Assembly: GCA_023269035.1 (NCBI GenBank)
Contig: JAHFMJ010000003.1
Location: forward strand, 1-57,524
Origin: Candidatus Kaiserbacteria bacterium
GTDB taxonomy: Bacteria; Patescibacteriota; Minisyncoccia; Phycocordibacterales; Phycocordibacteraceae
DNA: 57,524 nt
Reading direction: 5' to 3'
Positions 1-9,731 of the stretch are shown here, in pieces. A program made the translations under genes and the position numbers. Under the pieces are notes generated by a model. The model made no database searches. It was not told the DNA's origin and was given only the letters and a program-made list of their open reading frames with translations. The number at the start of each line of letters is the position of its first letter. The stretch's first letter is position 1.

Positions 1-3000
1 TCGTCCGTCGCGAGCGCATGGGCCATATCGAGCTCGCGTCGCCCGTCGCACACATCTGGTTCCTCCGTAGCGTCCCGTCGCGCATCGCGCTTATCCTCGG
101 CGTCTCCGCAACCGATGCAGAGAAAGTGGTGTACTTCGCTGGCTATATAGTCACGAAGGTCAACATCGAGGAGCGCGACCGCTTGCTCCGCGAACTTGAG
201 ACTGAATACAAGACCAAGTTCAAGGCGGTGACCAATGAGAAGGCGCAGACAGAATTGAAGACACTCATGCAGGGCGCAAAAGGCGACATTGAGCGCATCG
301 CGCCCGGTGTCGTCCTTGACGAGATCGAGTACCACCGTTTCTCGGTGAAGTACGGCACCTTCTTCGAAGCAGGCATTGGCGCAGAGGCTATTTACACTAT
401 CTTCAAGGGTCTTGACCTCACCAAGCTCGCCACGACTCTCGAGACACAGCTTGAGAAGGCAGGAGCTGCCGAGACCGAGAAGCTCAACAAGCGCCTCTCC
501 CTCATCCGCTCCATGATAAAGGCAGGCGTCCGCCCTGAATGGATGTTCCTCACCCGCATACCGATTACGCCTCCGGCGTTGCGCCCGATGGTGGCGCTTG
601 AGAGCGGCCGCCACGCGACTTCCGACGTCAACGACCTCTACCGCCGGGTCATCAATCGTAACAACCGCCTCGTTAAATTGCGCGATATTTCAGCGCCAGA
701 GGTCATCCTCCGTAACGAGAAGCGCATACTCCAAGAGGCCGTCGACGCGCTCCTCGACAACAGCATCCGCCGCGGTGGAGCAGCATTTTCTGCAACCTCT
801 CCGGCACAGCGCCGCCCGCTCAAATCTCTTGCAGATTATCTCAAGAGCAAACAGGGTTACTTCCGTTTCAACCTCCTCGGCAAGCGCGTGGACTACTCCG
901 GCCGTTCCGTCATCGTTGTCGGCCCGTCCCTCGCGCTTGATGAATGTGGTTTGCCCAAGCGCATGGCGCTTGAGCTCTTCCGTCCGTTCGTCATCGCGAA
1001 GCTCCTCGAACGCGAACTTGCGCACAATATCCGTGGAGCCGGTCGCCTTATAGAAGAGGGCATACCGGAAGTATGGGCCATCCTCGAAGAGGTCACTGAA
1101 GGCAAGTACGTCCTCCTCAACCGCGCACCGACATTGCACCGCCAAGGTATCCAGGCGTTCAAGCCTATCTTGATCGAAGGCAACGCTATCCAACTGCACC
1201 CGCTCGTCTGTCCGGCATTCAACGCGGACTTCGACGGCGACCAGATGGCCGTCCATGTGCCGCTCTCTGATGAAGCGCAGATGGAAGCACGCGAAATAAT
1301 GTCAGCTGCGAAGAACGTACTCAAACCGGGTTCAGGCCAGCCAGTCATCTTCGAGAAGCCGCTTGATATCGCGCTCGGTGTGTATTGGATGACCCGCGAA
1401 GCAGGAAATGAGAAAGGCGAAGGCAAGTTCTTCCCCTCGCCGAACGCAGCAATCATGGCGTATGATTTCGGCGCCGTCGGCATTCACGCAAAAGTGACGG
1501 TCCTTCCGACCGAGGGTAATCCGAAATATGCCGCGTTCAAGGGAGAGCGCTTTGAGACGACCGTTGGCCGCCTCCTCTTCAACAGCATCCTCCCGAAAGA
1601 TTATCCTTACCTTAATGGGGAGATAAAAAAGCAGCAGCTCGGCAAATTGGTTGACGACATCATAAGGATCTATGGCCTCGTCGAGACACCGCGCATCTTG
1701 GACAAGATAAAGCACTTTGGTTTCCAGTTCGCGACCAAATCCGGCATCTCCTTCAGCTTTGACGATCTTGCCGTTCCTGAGACGAAAAAGAAGCTCGTCG
1801 CCGATGCGCGTAAGGAAGTGCAAGCAATAGCTGATCAGTATGAAGACGGCCTTCTGACAGCGGAAGAGAAGCTCCGTCTGACAGTCGAAGTCTGGCAGAA
1901 AGCGATTGGTGATATCGAGAAGGAAATTCTTCCATCCCTCGACAAGCTTTCATCCGTATACACTATGGTCGTCTCCGGCGCCCGCGGTTCCGCTCGCCAG
2001 CTCTCGCAGATGGCCGGCATGAAAGGTCTCGTGACGAACACGAAAGGCGAGGTCATCGAGTTCCCGGTGGTCTCCTCCATGAAAGAAGGTCTCACGCCGA
2101 TCGAGTATTTCACGACGACGCACGGCTCACGCAAGGGCCTCACCGACACCGCACTCAAGACCGCACACGCCGGCTACCTGACGCGCCGCCTCTTCGACGT
2201 TGCCCAAGATATCGTAGTTGCTGAGCAAGATTGTGGAACCAAAAGCGGCATTCCTATCCGCCGTGTCCGTTCGACCGGCATGGAAGCTGACCTGGGCAAA
2301 CTACTTGCAGGACGCACGCTTGCCAAAGAAGTAACCGCAGGAGAGAAGACCTACAAGCGGGGCGTGCTGCTCTCCATAGACGACGCAAAGACGATCGCCG
2401 ATGCGGGGATTACCGAAGCCCTGGTCCGCTCTCCGATGTCGTGTGAGAGCGAACGCGGCATCTGCCAAAAGTGCTATGGCGCCGACCTTGCGACGCGACA
2501 GATCATCGACATCGGCGAAGCGGTAGGCACCATCGCGGCACAGGCCATCGGTGAACCGGGTACTCAGCTGACCATGCGCACCTTCCACACTGGAGGCGTG
2601 GCGACCATCGGCGGAGACATTACGCACGGCTTGCCGCGCGTCGAGGAACTCTTTGACAAACGTCCGCCAAAAACGCCTGCGGTCCTTTCACAGGTTGAGG
2701 GCGACGTCATCGAGATCAAGGACGATATGGGCAAAAAGACTATCGTCATCCTTCCAGACGTCGGGAGCGAAGGTGCTTCGAAGACACGCGATAAGATCGA
2801 ATACGAGGTGCCCCATCGTCGTGTCGCACTCGTCCAGACGGGCACGCACGTTATGCGCGGGGATGCGCTCACTGACGGCTCACTAGACCTCGACGAGCTG
2901 TTCGAGCTCGCTGGCTCGGAAAAGTTGCAGGAGTATATGATCGACGAGGTTTCGAAGATCTATGATCTCCAGGGAGCGCCGGTCTCACACAAACACATGG

Positions 3001-3452
3001 AAGTCATCATCCGTCAGATGTTCTCACGCGTGAGCATCGTTGACCCCGGCGACAGCACCTTTGTAAAGAATGAAGTAATTGAAATGGGCACACTCATCGC
3101 CACCAACCGGGAGCTCGAGGAAGCAGGAAAGGAGAAGGCAAAATCGGCTCCGATGGTGCTCGGCATTACTGAGGTTTCGCTGAATCGCAAAAGCTTCCTC
3201 TCCGCTGCATCTTTCCAGCACACGACGAGGATACTCATTAGCGCAGCACTCCGCGGAACGACCGACGTTCTCTCCGGTCTGAAGGAAAATGTCATCATCG
3301 GCAGGCTCATCCCTGCAGGAACGGGATTCACCGGCTCGACCAAACATGCTCGCATCAAGGCATTTCAAGAGGAAAATGCGCGCAAGCTCGAGGCTCGTCT
3401 TGCTTCTGAAGAGGAACTCAACGACATGGAGCGTATCCGTGACGTGGCTTGA
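1..3452 (+). CDS. rpoC: DNA-directed RNA polymerase subunit beta-prime, 5'-truncated at window edge (frame continues from nt 3)
   Basis: 1144-aa ORF with in-frame upstream codons. RERMGHIELASPVAHIWF, catalytic NADFDGDQMAVHVP, and Cys cluster CESERGICQKC. Confidence 0.97.
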   Translation, partial: VRRERMGHIELASPVAHIWFLRSVPSRIALILGVSATDAEKVVYFAGYIVTKVNIEERDRLLRELETEYKTKFKAVTNEKAQTELKTLMQGAKGDIERIAPGVVLDEIEYHRFSVKYGTFFEAGIGAEAIYTIFKGLDLTKLATTLETQLEKAGAAETEKLNKRLSLIRSMIKAGVRPEWMFLTRIPITPPALRPMVALESGRHATSDVNDLYRRVINRNNRLVKLRDISAPEVILRNEKRILQEAVDALLDNSIRRGGAAFSATSPAQRRPLKSLADYLKSKQGYFRFNLLGKRVDYSGRSVIVVGPSLALDECGLPKRMALELFRPFVIAKLLERELAHNIRGAGRLIEEGIPEVWAILEEVTEGKYVLLNRAPTLHRQGIQAFKPILIEGNAIQLHPLVCPAFNADFDGDQMAVHVPLSDEAQMEAREIMSAAKNVLKPGSGQPVIFEKPLDIALGVYWMTREAGNEKGEGKFFPSPNAAIMAYDFGAVGIHAKVTVLPTEGNPKYAAFKGERFETTVGRLLFNSILPKDYPYLNGEIKKQQLGKLVDDIIRIYGLVETPRILDKIKHFGFQFATKSGISFSFDDLAVPETKKKLVADARKEVQAIADQYEDGLLTAEEKLRLTVEVWQKAIGDIEKEILPSLDKLSSVYTMVVSGARGSARQLSQMAGMKGLVTNTKGEVIEFPVVSSMKEGLTPIEYFTTTHGSRKGLTDTALKTAHAGYLTRRLFDVAQDIVVAEQDCGTKSGIPIRRVRSTGMEADLGKLLAGRTLAKEVTAGEKTYKRGVLLSIDDAKTIADAGITEALVRSPMSCESERGICQKCYGADLATRQIIDIGEAVGTIAAQAIGEPGTQLTMRTFHTGGVATIGGDITHGLPRVEELFDKRPPKTPAVLSQVEGDVIEIKDDMGKKTIVILPDVGSEGASKTRDKIEYEVPHRRVALVQTGTHVMRGDALTDGSLDLDELFELAGSEKLQEYMIDEVSKIYDLQGAPVSHKHMEVIIRQMFSRVSIVDPGDSTFVKNEVIEMGTLIATNRELEEAGKEKAKSAPMVLGITEVSLNRKSFLSAASFQHTTRILISAALRGTTDVLSGLKENVIIGRLIPAGTGFTGSTKHARIKAFQEENARKLEARLASEEELNDMERIRDVA

Positions 3453-5083
3453 TGTCTGACACCGTACAAAAAATAAAGGACGCACTCGCCATTGTCGACG
3501 TGGTGCAGCCGTACGTGAAGCTCACGCGTGCTGGCAAATACTTCAAAGGAATCTCGCCCTTCACTAAGGAAAAAACCCCATCGTTCTTCGTCTCCCCAGA
3601 ACGAGGTCTGTACCATTGCTTTTCCTCCGGCAAGGGGGGTGACATGTTCACCTTCATCGAAGAGATAGAGGGCGTTGATTTTCGCGGGGCATTGAAGATC
3701 CTTGCCGAGAAAGCCGGCATACCTTTGGTCGTCGAGCGGCCGGGTGAGCGCGACATGCGCGAGAGGCTCTTTGCTGCGCTTGCTGAAGCGAACGAGTTTT
3801 TCGTGTTGAACCTTGCTTCGCGTACCGACGCGATGGATTACCTCGTTACAAGAGGACTGACGAAAGAGACTATCCGTGAATGGACGTTGGGTTATGCTCC
3901 TAAAGAATGGCAGAGCCTTCACGGATATCTTCTCGGAAAGGGATTTACGGAAAACGAGTTGGAACGCGCCGGACTCATCAAGAAGCCGGATACCGGCCTG
4001 CCTGCGCAGGCAGGCGAAGCTGGCACTCACCGCTATTACGACCGCTTCCGCGGACGTATCATGTTTCCAATCCGGGACGTTTCGAACAGGGTTATCGCTT
4101 TCTCGGGACGGATATTCGAGGACGATCCGGTTCACCCCCAGGCAAAGTACCTGAACTCTCCTGAGGGCGATGTCTTCGACAAATCAAAAGCGCTTTATGG
4201 CATAGAGAAGGCGAGGGAAGGCATCCGCACCCTTCATGCAACTATACTCGTGGAAGGCCAGATGGACTTGCTTCTAGCGCACCAGGCCGGATATCACAAT
4301 ACGGTTGCCACGTCAGGCACTGCATTTACTGACAAGCATGCCGAACTTATCAAACGCCACACTGAGAATCTCCTCATCGCCTATGACGGGGACAGAGCGG
4401 GGATAGCCGCTGCAGGCCGCGCTGCAGCGATAGCGCTCGGTAAAGGCATGAATGTCAAGATCGCCAAGCTCCCTCCAGGAAGCGACCCGGCAGACCTCAT
4501 CAAAGAGAACCCGGAGTCCTTCAAAACAGCGGTGAAAGGAGGCCTGCATGTTGTAGATTTCTACCTAGCGCACCTTATGGATGCGCACTATGATGCACGC
4601 ACCTTCCGTCTCGAAGTGTCGCGGACGGTACTGCCATACGTTGCCATGATCCAAAATAAGATAGACCAAGCGCATTTCGTGCAACGCGTCGCCGAGGTCC
4701 TCTCTGTTGAGGTTGATGCGGTAAAAGCTGAACTCAAAAAGGTCTCAAATCCGAGCGCGACTATGTCAAACGCCGTTCCTACGGTGGGAGAGCCATTCCT
4801 CTCTCGCGTTGAAGCCCTTGAGCGCCTTATACTGGGTATCGAGGGTAAGACCACAGAAACCGCAGCGCTCTTCGAGGCCGACCTTTTTCTTGAACGATAT
4901 CCTGAAAACGCTTCCCGCGAGGCAGCTGTCGAAGAGTTGCGAGCCGAGCTTCTGAGAGAGCGAAAGCACGAAGAGTATCGGGAAACCGTACGCGCGCTGC
5001 GCGCAGCAGAAGCCGCTCAGGACACAGTACAGGCAGAGCAGTTGATGAAGACACTTACCAACCTTGCTTTGCACCTAAAATAA
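3452..5083 (+). CDS. dnaG: DNA primase
   Basis: EKTPSF zinc-ribbon region (ligands degenerate, see findings). TOPRIM motifs ILVEGQMDLL and AYDGDRAG. ATG 3452 overlaps the rpoC TGA (TGATG); TTG 3449 is an alternative start. Confidence 0.93.
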   Translation: MSDTVQKIKDALAIVDVVQPYVKLTRAGKYFKGISPFTKEKTPSFFVSPERGLYHCFSSGKGGDMFTFIEEIEGVDFRGALKILAEKAGIPLVVERPGERDMRERLFAALAEANEFFVLNLASRTDAMDYLVTRGLTKETIREWTLGYAPKEWQSLHGYLLGKGFTENELERAGLIKKPDTGLPAQAGEAGTHRYYDRFRGRIMFPIRDVSNRVIAFSGRIFEDDPVHPQAKYLNSPEGDVFDKSKALYGIEKAREGIRTLHATILVEGQMDLLLAHQAGYHNTVATSGTAFTDKHAELIKRHTENLLIAYDGDRAGIAAAGRAAAIALGKGMNVKIAKLPPGSDPADLIKENPESFKTAVKGGLHVVDFYLAHLMDAHYDARTFRLEVSRTVLPYVAMIQNKIDQAHFVQRVAEVLSVEVDAVKAELKKVSNPSATMSNAVPTVGEPFLSRVEALERLILGIEGKTTETAALFEADLFLERYPENASREAAVEELRAELLRERKHEEYRETVRALRAAEAAQDTVQAEQLMKTLTNLALHLK

Positions 5084-5111
5084 GGCTACAGTCCTTTAAT
5101 TGCAACCTGTT

Positions 5112-6335
5112 ATGGCAAAGAAAACCAAAAAACGCTCTCCACGCCCGAAACGCAAGGCTCTTCGAACGAAGAAGAGCGTGAAAAAGGTTGTACCAAAGAA
5201 GAAGGCCCTCTCCAAAAGATCTACGCCGAAGATAGTAAAGCCCAAAAGTGTCTCGGGGAAGAAGCGCCAGCAACTGGAGATGAAAGGGGATCGCCTTATC
5301 GCCAAGGGCAAGGAGCGGGGTTACGTTACTTACAATGAGATACTAAAAGAGTTTCCGACCATCGAGGAGAATGTCGTTTTCCTGGAACAGCTTTATGAGC
5401 GGCTCTCGACTTCGGGCGTTGACGTGCTTGAAAGCGGAGGCATGCTTGAGGAGGTACCGGACGAGGTCGTGATGCGCGGCGGCTACCGGGGCGAGGGCTC
5501 TGCCCACGACTCCATCCAGATGTATTTGCGCGAGATAGGCCAGTACCCGCTCCTCACTGGCCAGGAAGAACGCGACCTTGCGAAGCGTATCGTCGAGGGA
5601 GATGAAGAGGCAAAGAACCTCCTCGCACGCGCAAACCTCCGTCTTGTCGTCTCCATAGCAAAAAAATATGCGTCTCGCTCTTCCGACCTCTCGCTCCTCG
5701 ACCTCATCCAAGAGGGGAACCTCGGCCTCTTCAAGGCAGTCGACAAATTCGACTATACGAAAGGATACAAGTTCTCTACCTATGCTACCTGGTGGATACG
5801 CCAGGCTATAACCCGTGCACTTGCCGACCAGAGTCGTACCATCCGCATCCCCGTGCACATGGTGGAGACGATCGCCAAGTACAAGCAGATAGTCCGTCGT
5901 CTCGAACAAGACCTTGGCCGCGACCCCATGCCCGAGGAGATATCCGCCGAGATGGGTGTTGATGTCGAAAAGGTCTACCAGATAGAACAGATAAACCAGG
6001 AAACGCTTTCACTCGAAGCGCCCATCACTTCAGGAGACGATGACGACTCCTCGGCACGCGGCGACTTTGTCGCTGACACCTCCCTCCCGATGCCCGACCA
6101 GGAGACCGCGCATCGTATCCTCGTTGAGCAGCTTCATGAGATACTGGACGACCTGACGCCGAAAGAAAGAAAGATACTTGCCATGCGGCACGGGCTTGAA
6201 GATGGCATCTATCATACCCTTGAGGAAGTGGGGCAGGAGTTCGGTGTTACGCGCGAACGCATCAGGCAAATAGAAGCGAAGGCACTGGAAAAGATCCGCA
6301 CCCATGGCAAGGCAAAAAAACTCCGTTCGTATTAG
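5112..6335 (+). CDS. rpoD: primary-type sigma-70 factor with Lys/Arg-rich N-terminal tail
   Basis: Region 2 [13 protein letters not shown], and region 4.2 [23 protein letters not shown]. dnaG-rpoD synteny. ATG 5112 (TTG 5100 alternative). Confidence 0.95.
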   Translation: MAKKTKKRSPRPKRKALRTKKSVKKVVPKKKALSKRSTPKIVKPKSVSGKKRQQLEMKGDRLIAKGKERGYVTYNEILKEFPTIEENVVFLEQLYERLSTSGVDVLESGGMLEEVPDEVVMRGGYRGEGSAHDSIQMYLREIGQYPLLTGQEERDLAKRIVEGDEEAKNLLARANLRLVVSIAKKYASRSSDLSLLDLIQEGNLGLFKAVDKFDYTKGYKFSTYATWWIRQAITRALADQSRTIRIPVHMVETIAKYKQIVRRLEQDLGRDPMPEEISAEMGVDVEKVYQIEQINQETLSLEAPITSGDDDDSSARGDFVADTSLPMPDQETAHRILVEQLHEILDDLTPKERKILAMRHGLEDGIYHTLEEVGQEFGVTRERIRQIEAKALEKIRTHGKAKKLRSY

Positions 6336-6365
6336 ATTGATTCTTTGGACGAACGGAGTATTATT
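6321..6365 (+). terminator. hairpin spanning the rpoD stop codon (candidate weak intrinsic terminator)
   Basis: Perfect 10-bp stem CTCCGTTCGT (6321-6330) / ACGAACGGAG (6349-6358) with an 18-nt loop. Followed by TATTATT, which is only a partial U tract. Confidence 0.45.
6337..6364 (+). promoter_or_regulatory. candidate sigma-70 promoter TTGATT-16-TATTAT, 8 nt before ATG 6373
   Basis: TTGATT 6337-6342 and TATTAT 6359-6364, embedded in the loop and 3' arm of the rpoD terminator hairpin. Confidence 0.45.
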
Positions 6366-6372
6366 GTGAAAT

Positions 6373-6546
6373 ATGCTTGAAGGAAAAATACTTACTGCGA
6401 GAAATATCACGACGACTGTATCAAGGCCTGAATTAAGGAAGGTCGCATACATCAGAGGAAAACATGTCTGCGATCATTGCAAGGTCGGTATTTTTTATAC
6501 CCGCGCCTTCAATTCAGATTGGTGTCAGGGTTGCTACGAAGATTAA
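6373..6546 (+). CDS. small (57 aa) zinc-ribbon-like protein, below the ORF-track length cutoff
   Basis: Hand translation: MLEGKILTARNITTTVSRPELRKVAYIRGKHVCDHCKVGIFYTRAFNSDWCQGCYED. CxxC-x16-CxxC pattern. Preceded by promoter-like elements with leaderless spacing. Confidence 0.45.
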   Translation: MLEGKILTARNITTTVSRPELRKVAYIRGKHVCDHCKVGIFYTRAFNSDWCQGCYED

Positions 6547-6660
6547 CCGAGTCTCTTAAAGGGGCAGCAGACCCCCTCACACACATGACCCTCTTTGCAG
6601 AGACATTTGGCATACGTACAGCTCCTATGCTTGCACGTGAGGCAAGGGATAGGTAAATTT

Positions 6661-6688
6661 AGAATTCCTACGCTAAGGTTCTTTTTTT
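6661..6688 (+). terminator. intrinsic terminator
   Basis: AGAA(TT)CCT / AGGTTCT stem with a 6-nt loop, followed by TTTTTT (6683-6688). Confidence 0.55.
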
Positions 6689-6740
6689 GTTCAATTCTCA
6701 TGATATTTTTTCAGTTCTGAAACCGGCTATACTATAGCAA

Positions 6741-7547
6741 ATGAGAAGGAAAATGCCCATTAGACATTGGAGCTATTCATCGCTTATGGCCTATTTGCGC
6801 AATCCGCTGGCGTGGCACAAGCGCTATGTGGAGGGGATACGCGATATGCCCTCAACCCCCAGCTCAATAGTAGGGCGGGCAGGGCATACGGCATTGCAGC
6901 ATTTCTACAGCGGGACAGAGAAGCGGGTTGCCATCGACCTCGGGCTTGACTACTTGCAACGAGTCCCGGATTTTGAGATACAGTTCGGCAAAGCATACAC
7001 CAAAGCCGCGCAACGCAAAAAGCGTCTCACGATGGAGAAAGAGTATCTGCAGGCCATTCACTTCTACCTCGAACGGCCTCCGCGCCACAAAGTCCTCGGC
7101 GTCGAGGTGGCGGCGATGGCTACGGTGCCGGGCCTGCCGCTCCCGGTCAAGGCCATCTCAGACCTCGTCGTCGTCTCGAAGGTCGAGCGTGGTGCGGTGG
7201 ATATCGTCGACCATAAGTTCGTCGACTCGTTTAATCACCTTGGCGCAGAAAAACCGCTTTTCATACTTCAAGCCATCTTCAACTATTACACGGTGCTCGA
7301 AGAGTTTAAAAAGCCGGTCCGGCGGTTTATCTTACAGGAGTGTAAAAAACGTAAGAACAAAGACGGCCGCTCGCAGATGCGTCGCTATGTCATCGATTTT
7401 CGCCTCTGCGAAGAGGAATTTGCTCTCTTTCATCGCCTGATTAGGGAAGCGACCGAGGACCTCGTACACCGAAAGCACTACCTCCCCAACCCATCCGATA
7501 TGTTCGAAGGTAAGAACGCCTTCGATATCTACCGGCTGGGCTTATAG
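6741..7547 (+). CDS. PD-(D/E)XK (RecB/Cas4-like fold) nuclease family protein
   Basis: 268 aa. ISD...VDIVDHK (D...D-x-K) and a QAIFNYY (QxxxY) motif typical of the RecB-like nuclease superfamily. TATACT 6728-6733 lies 7 nt before the ATG. Confidence 0.75.
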   Translation: MRRKMPIRHWSYSSLMAYLRNPLAWHKRYVEGIRDMPSTPSSIVGRAGHTALQHFYSGTEKRVAIDLGLDYLQRVPDFEIQFGKAYTKAAQRKKRLTMEKEYLQAIHFYLERPPRHKVLGVEVAAMATVPGLPLPVKAISDLVVVSKVERGAVDIVDHKFVDSFNHLGAEKPLFILQAIFNYYTVLEEFKKPVRRFILQECKKRKNKDGRSQMRRYVIDFRLCEEEFALFHRLIREATEDLVHRKHYLPNPSDMFEGKNAFDIYRLGL

Positions 7548-7568
7548 GAGAGACTCAGCCGCCATTGT

Positions 7569-8306
7569 TTACTTTGCTCCGCTGAGAACAGCATCAAGCA
7601 CGGTCTTCAGAGCTGCGTAGGGCTGTGCACCAGGTATAGCCACTTTTTGCCCATCCTTTGTGACGATGATGTTATGCGGAGTCCCTTGACCGCCTGCGGC
7701 AACCGCATCATTGAACTCTTTTGCGATCTTGTCCTTGTACTTCCCACTCGTGTAACACGCTTCGAACTTTGTCGTATCTACCCCGACTCCTGCGACCGTG
7801 GAGTCGAGCTTCGTGAAGTCAAAGAAAGTATTTACGGGGAATTGCGTAAAGGTCGAGTCCAGGAACTTCCAGTATGCGTCATTCCCGCCGATCTCAGCGA
7901 CACACTCAGCCGCTTCAGCGAGCTTCGGAGCGTTCGGGTGGAGCTGCTCGAGAGGGAAGTTACGGATGACCCATGCAACTTTGCCGTCCTTGCCATACGT
8001 GGCCATGACCTGTTTCATCGTCGAGTCGAACTGCTTGCAGAAGGGACACTCGAAGTCCGTGTACTCCACGATCTTTACAGGGGCATTGGGATCTCCGAGG
8101 ATGTGGTCTGCTGCGGATACTGCGACAAAATTCTTCACTTGGTTAGGCGCTGTGGTTCCCGCCGTTGGAGTTGTGGTGGCATGTCCTGAAAAGAAAAGGG
8201 CTCCGGCAACAAGCGCTCCGGCAATGACTATAGCGATAGGTACGGCGAGGTTAGGCGCTTGCGTTGCGGATACATGAGGTGCCTGCGGTGATTGTTCTGG
8301 TGGCAT
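7569..8306 (-). CDS. DsbA-family thiol:disulfide oxidoreductase, membrane-anchored
   Basis: CPFC active site (FECPFCKQF) and an N-terminal TM (VPIAIVIAGALVAGALFF). Start taken at MPPEQ (8306); the upstream part of the ORF overlaps uppP. Confidence 0.85.
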   Translation of the reverse strand: MPPEQSPQAPHVSATQAPNLAVPIAIVIAGALVAGALFFSGHATTTPTAGTTAPNQVKNFVAVSAADHILGDPNAPVKIVEYTDFECPFCKQFDSTMKQVMATYGKDGKVAWVIRNFPLEQLHPNAPKLAEAAECVAEIGGNDAYWKFLDSTFTQFPVNTFFDFTKLDSTVAGVGVDTTKFEACYTSGKYKDKIAKEFNDAVAAGGQGTPHNIIVTKDGQKVAIPGAQPYAALKTVLDAVLSGAK

Positions 8307-8348
8307 AGCTAAGTGGTTAGTACTATAGGTGCTATTATACATGACATC

Positions 8349-9164
8349 ATGGGGGACTGGATCACGTTTTCCATACTCGGTCTCATTGAAGGAATAACCG
8401 AGTTCCTGCCGATCTCTTCCTCCGGCCACCTCATAATCGCCCGGGAGATTTTTAGGCTCTCGGCCGATAACGGCCTTGCCGTTGACGCCGTGCTTCAGCT
8501 TGCTACCACGCTCGCGGTCGTTGTGTATTTCTGGAGAGACATTGCACGGCTTGTAAAAAGCGCGTGCGCTCCTCTTTTCGGACGCTCTATCCCCAAAGAA
8601 GACGGAAGGCTGATACTGGCGCTCATCATCGGTACTATCCCGGGTGTCCTGTTCGGACTTTTACTTGAGCACAGCATGGAGACTATATTCCGCAACTCCC
8701 ACTTGGTAGCATATGCTTCGCTTGTCGGTTCGTGCATCATGCTTGCAGCCGATTATGCAGCGAAGAAGCGAAGAGCATCTGGAGATATCGGATCGGTTGG
8801 GACGAAGAGGGGCCTCATCATCGGGTTGTTTCAATCTCTTGCGCTTGTGCCAGGCATGAGCCGCTCCGGCATGACGATCTCAGGCGGGCTCTTCCTCGGC
8901 CTCTCGCGCGAGGCAGCGGCGAGGTTCGGCTTCCTCCTCGCAGTTCCCATTATCCTTGGCTCGGGACTCAAAAAACTTGCGGACCTCGGGAGTGCGGGCT
9001 TGCTTGATTCACTCGGCGTTCCGTTCCTCTTCGGCGCATTGCTCGCCTTCATAAGCGGCATGCTGGCTATCCACTTCCTCTTGAAGTACCTGCGTACTCA
9101 CTCATTATCGGTGTTTGTGATATACCGCGTCATTCTCGCGGCTTTCATTCTTTTCTTCCTCTAG
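8349..9164 (+). CDS. uppP: undecaprenyl-diphosphate phosphatase
   Basis: GLIEGITEFLPISSSGHL signature and multiple TM segments. ATG 8349 (GTG 8313 alternative). Confidence 0.9.
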   Translation: MGDWITFSILGLIEGITEFLPISSSGHLIIAREIFRLSADNGLAVDAVLQLATTLAVVVYFWRDIARLVKSACAPLFGRSIPKEDGRLILALIIGTIPGVLFGLLLEHSMETIFRNSHLVAYASLVGSCIMLAADYAAKKRRASGDIGSVGTKRGLIIGLFQSLALVPGMSRSGMTISGGLFLGLSREAAARFGFLLAVPIILGSGLKKLADLGSAGLLDSLGVPFLFGALLAFISGMLAIHFLLKYLRTHSLSVFVIYRVILAAFILFFL

Positions 9165-9730
9165 AACGGCAGCGTGTGGGTGAGGGAGGCACCTTTCTCT
9201 GACTCCCAACGGCTGGTATCGAGAGATATATCCTTACGTTTTCCAAGGTCTAAATAGCGGACTTTGCCGTTTGTCATGGCGAACTCGTACACTTCCTTGG
9301 TAATGCGCACGTCGTCGAGGCAATACTTCTTCACTTTTTCATACTGCCCCTCTTCCCACCACCGTACCGCGTCGAGACCGTCGCCGCTCTTTCCTTTGCC
9401 GAGAGTGGCTTTAGCAACGGAGTCCAGCTTGAGCCTGCGCCCGAGTACACTCCTGATTTCCGCGAGGAGGTCGAGGCTTCTGATTTTTGTCAGGTCGCCA
9501 GGGTAATATTTGTTAAGGATAGGGATGTCAAAGTGATCGCTGTTGTAGCCGACAAGGAGATCCGCCCGCTCAAGAATCGGCCAGAGGCCGGGCAGTTCTT
9601 CCTTGGTGAAAGCCCTATAGGTGTCCGTCTCGGAGTCGTGGATGCCGATGACCGTCAGTTCGAGCGAGAGCGGATCGAAAATGCTACCTACCGCTCCGCG
9701 CGTCTCGATGTCGAGCGTGATACGCCGCAT
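9161..9730 (-). CDS. RNase H-fold 3'-5' exonuclease (DEDD, PolB-exo-like)
   Basis: TLDIET (DxE), GYNSDHFDIPIL, KYCLDDV motifs. 189 aa. Confidence 0.7.
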   Translation of the reverse strand: MRRITLDIETRGAVGSIFDPLSLELTVIGIHDSETDTYRAFTKEELPGLWPILERADLLVGYNSDHFDIPILNKYYPGDLTKIRSLDLLAEIRSVLGRRLKLDSVAKATLGKGKSGDGLDAVRWWEEGQYEKVKKYCLDDVRITKEVYEFAMTNGKVRYLDLGKRKDISLDTSRWESEKGASLTHTLPF

Positions 9731-9731
9731 A

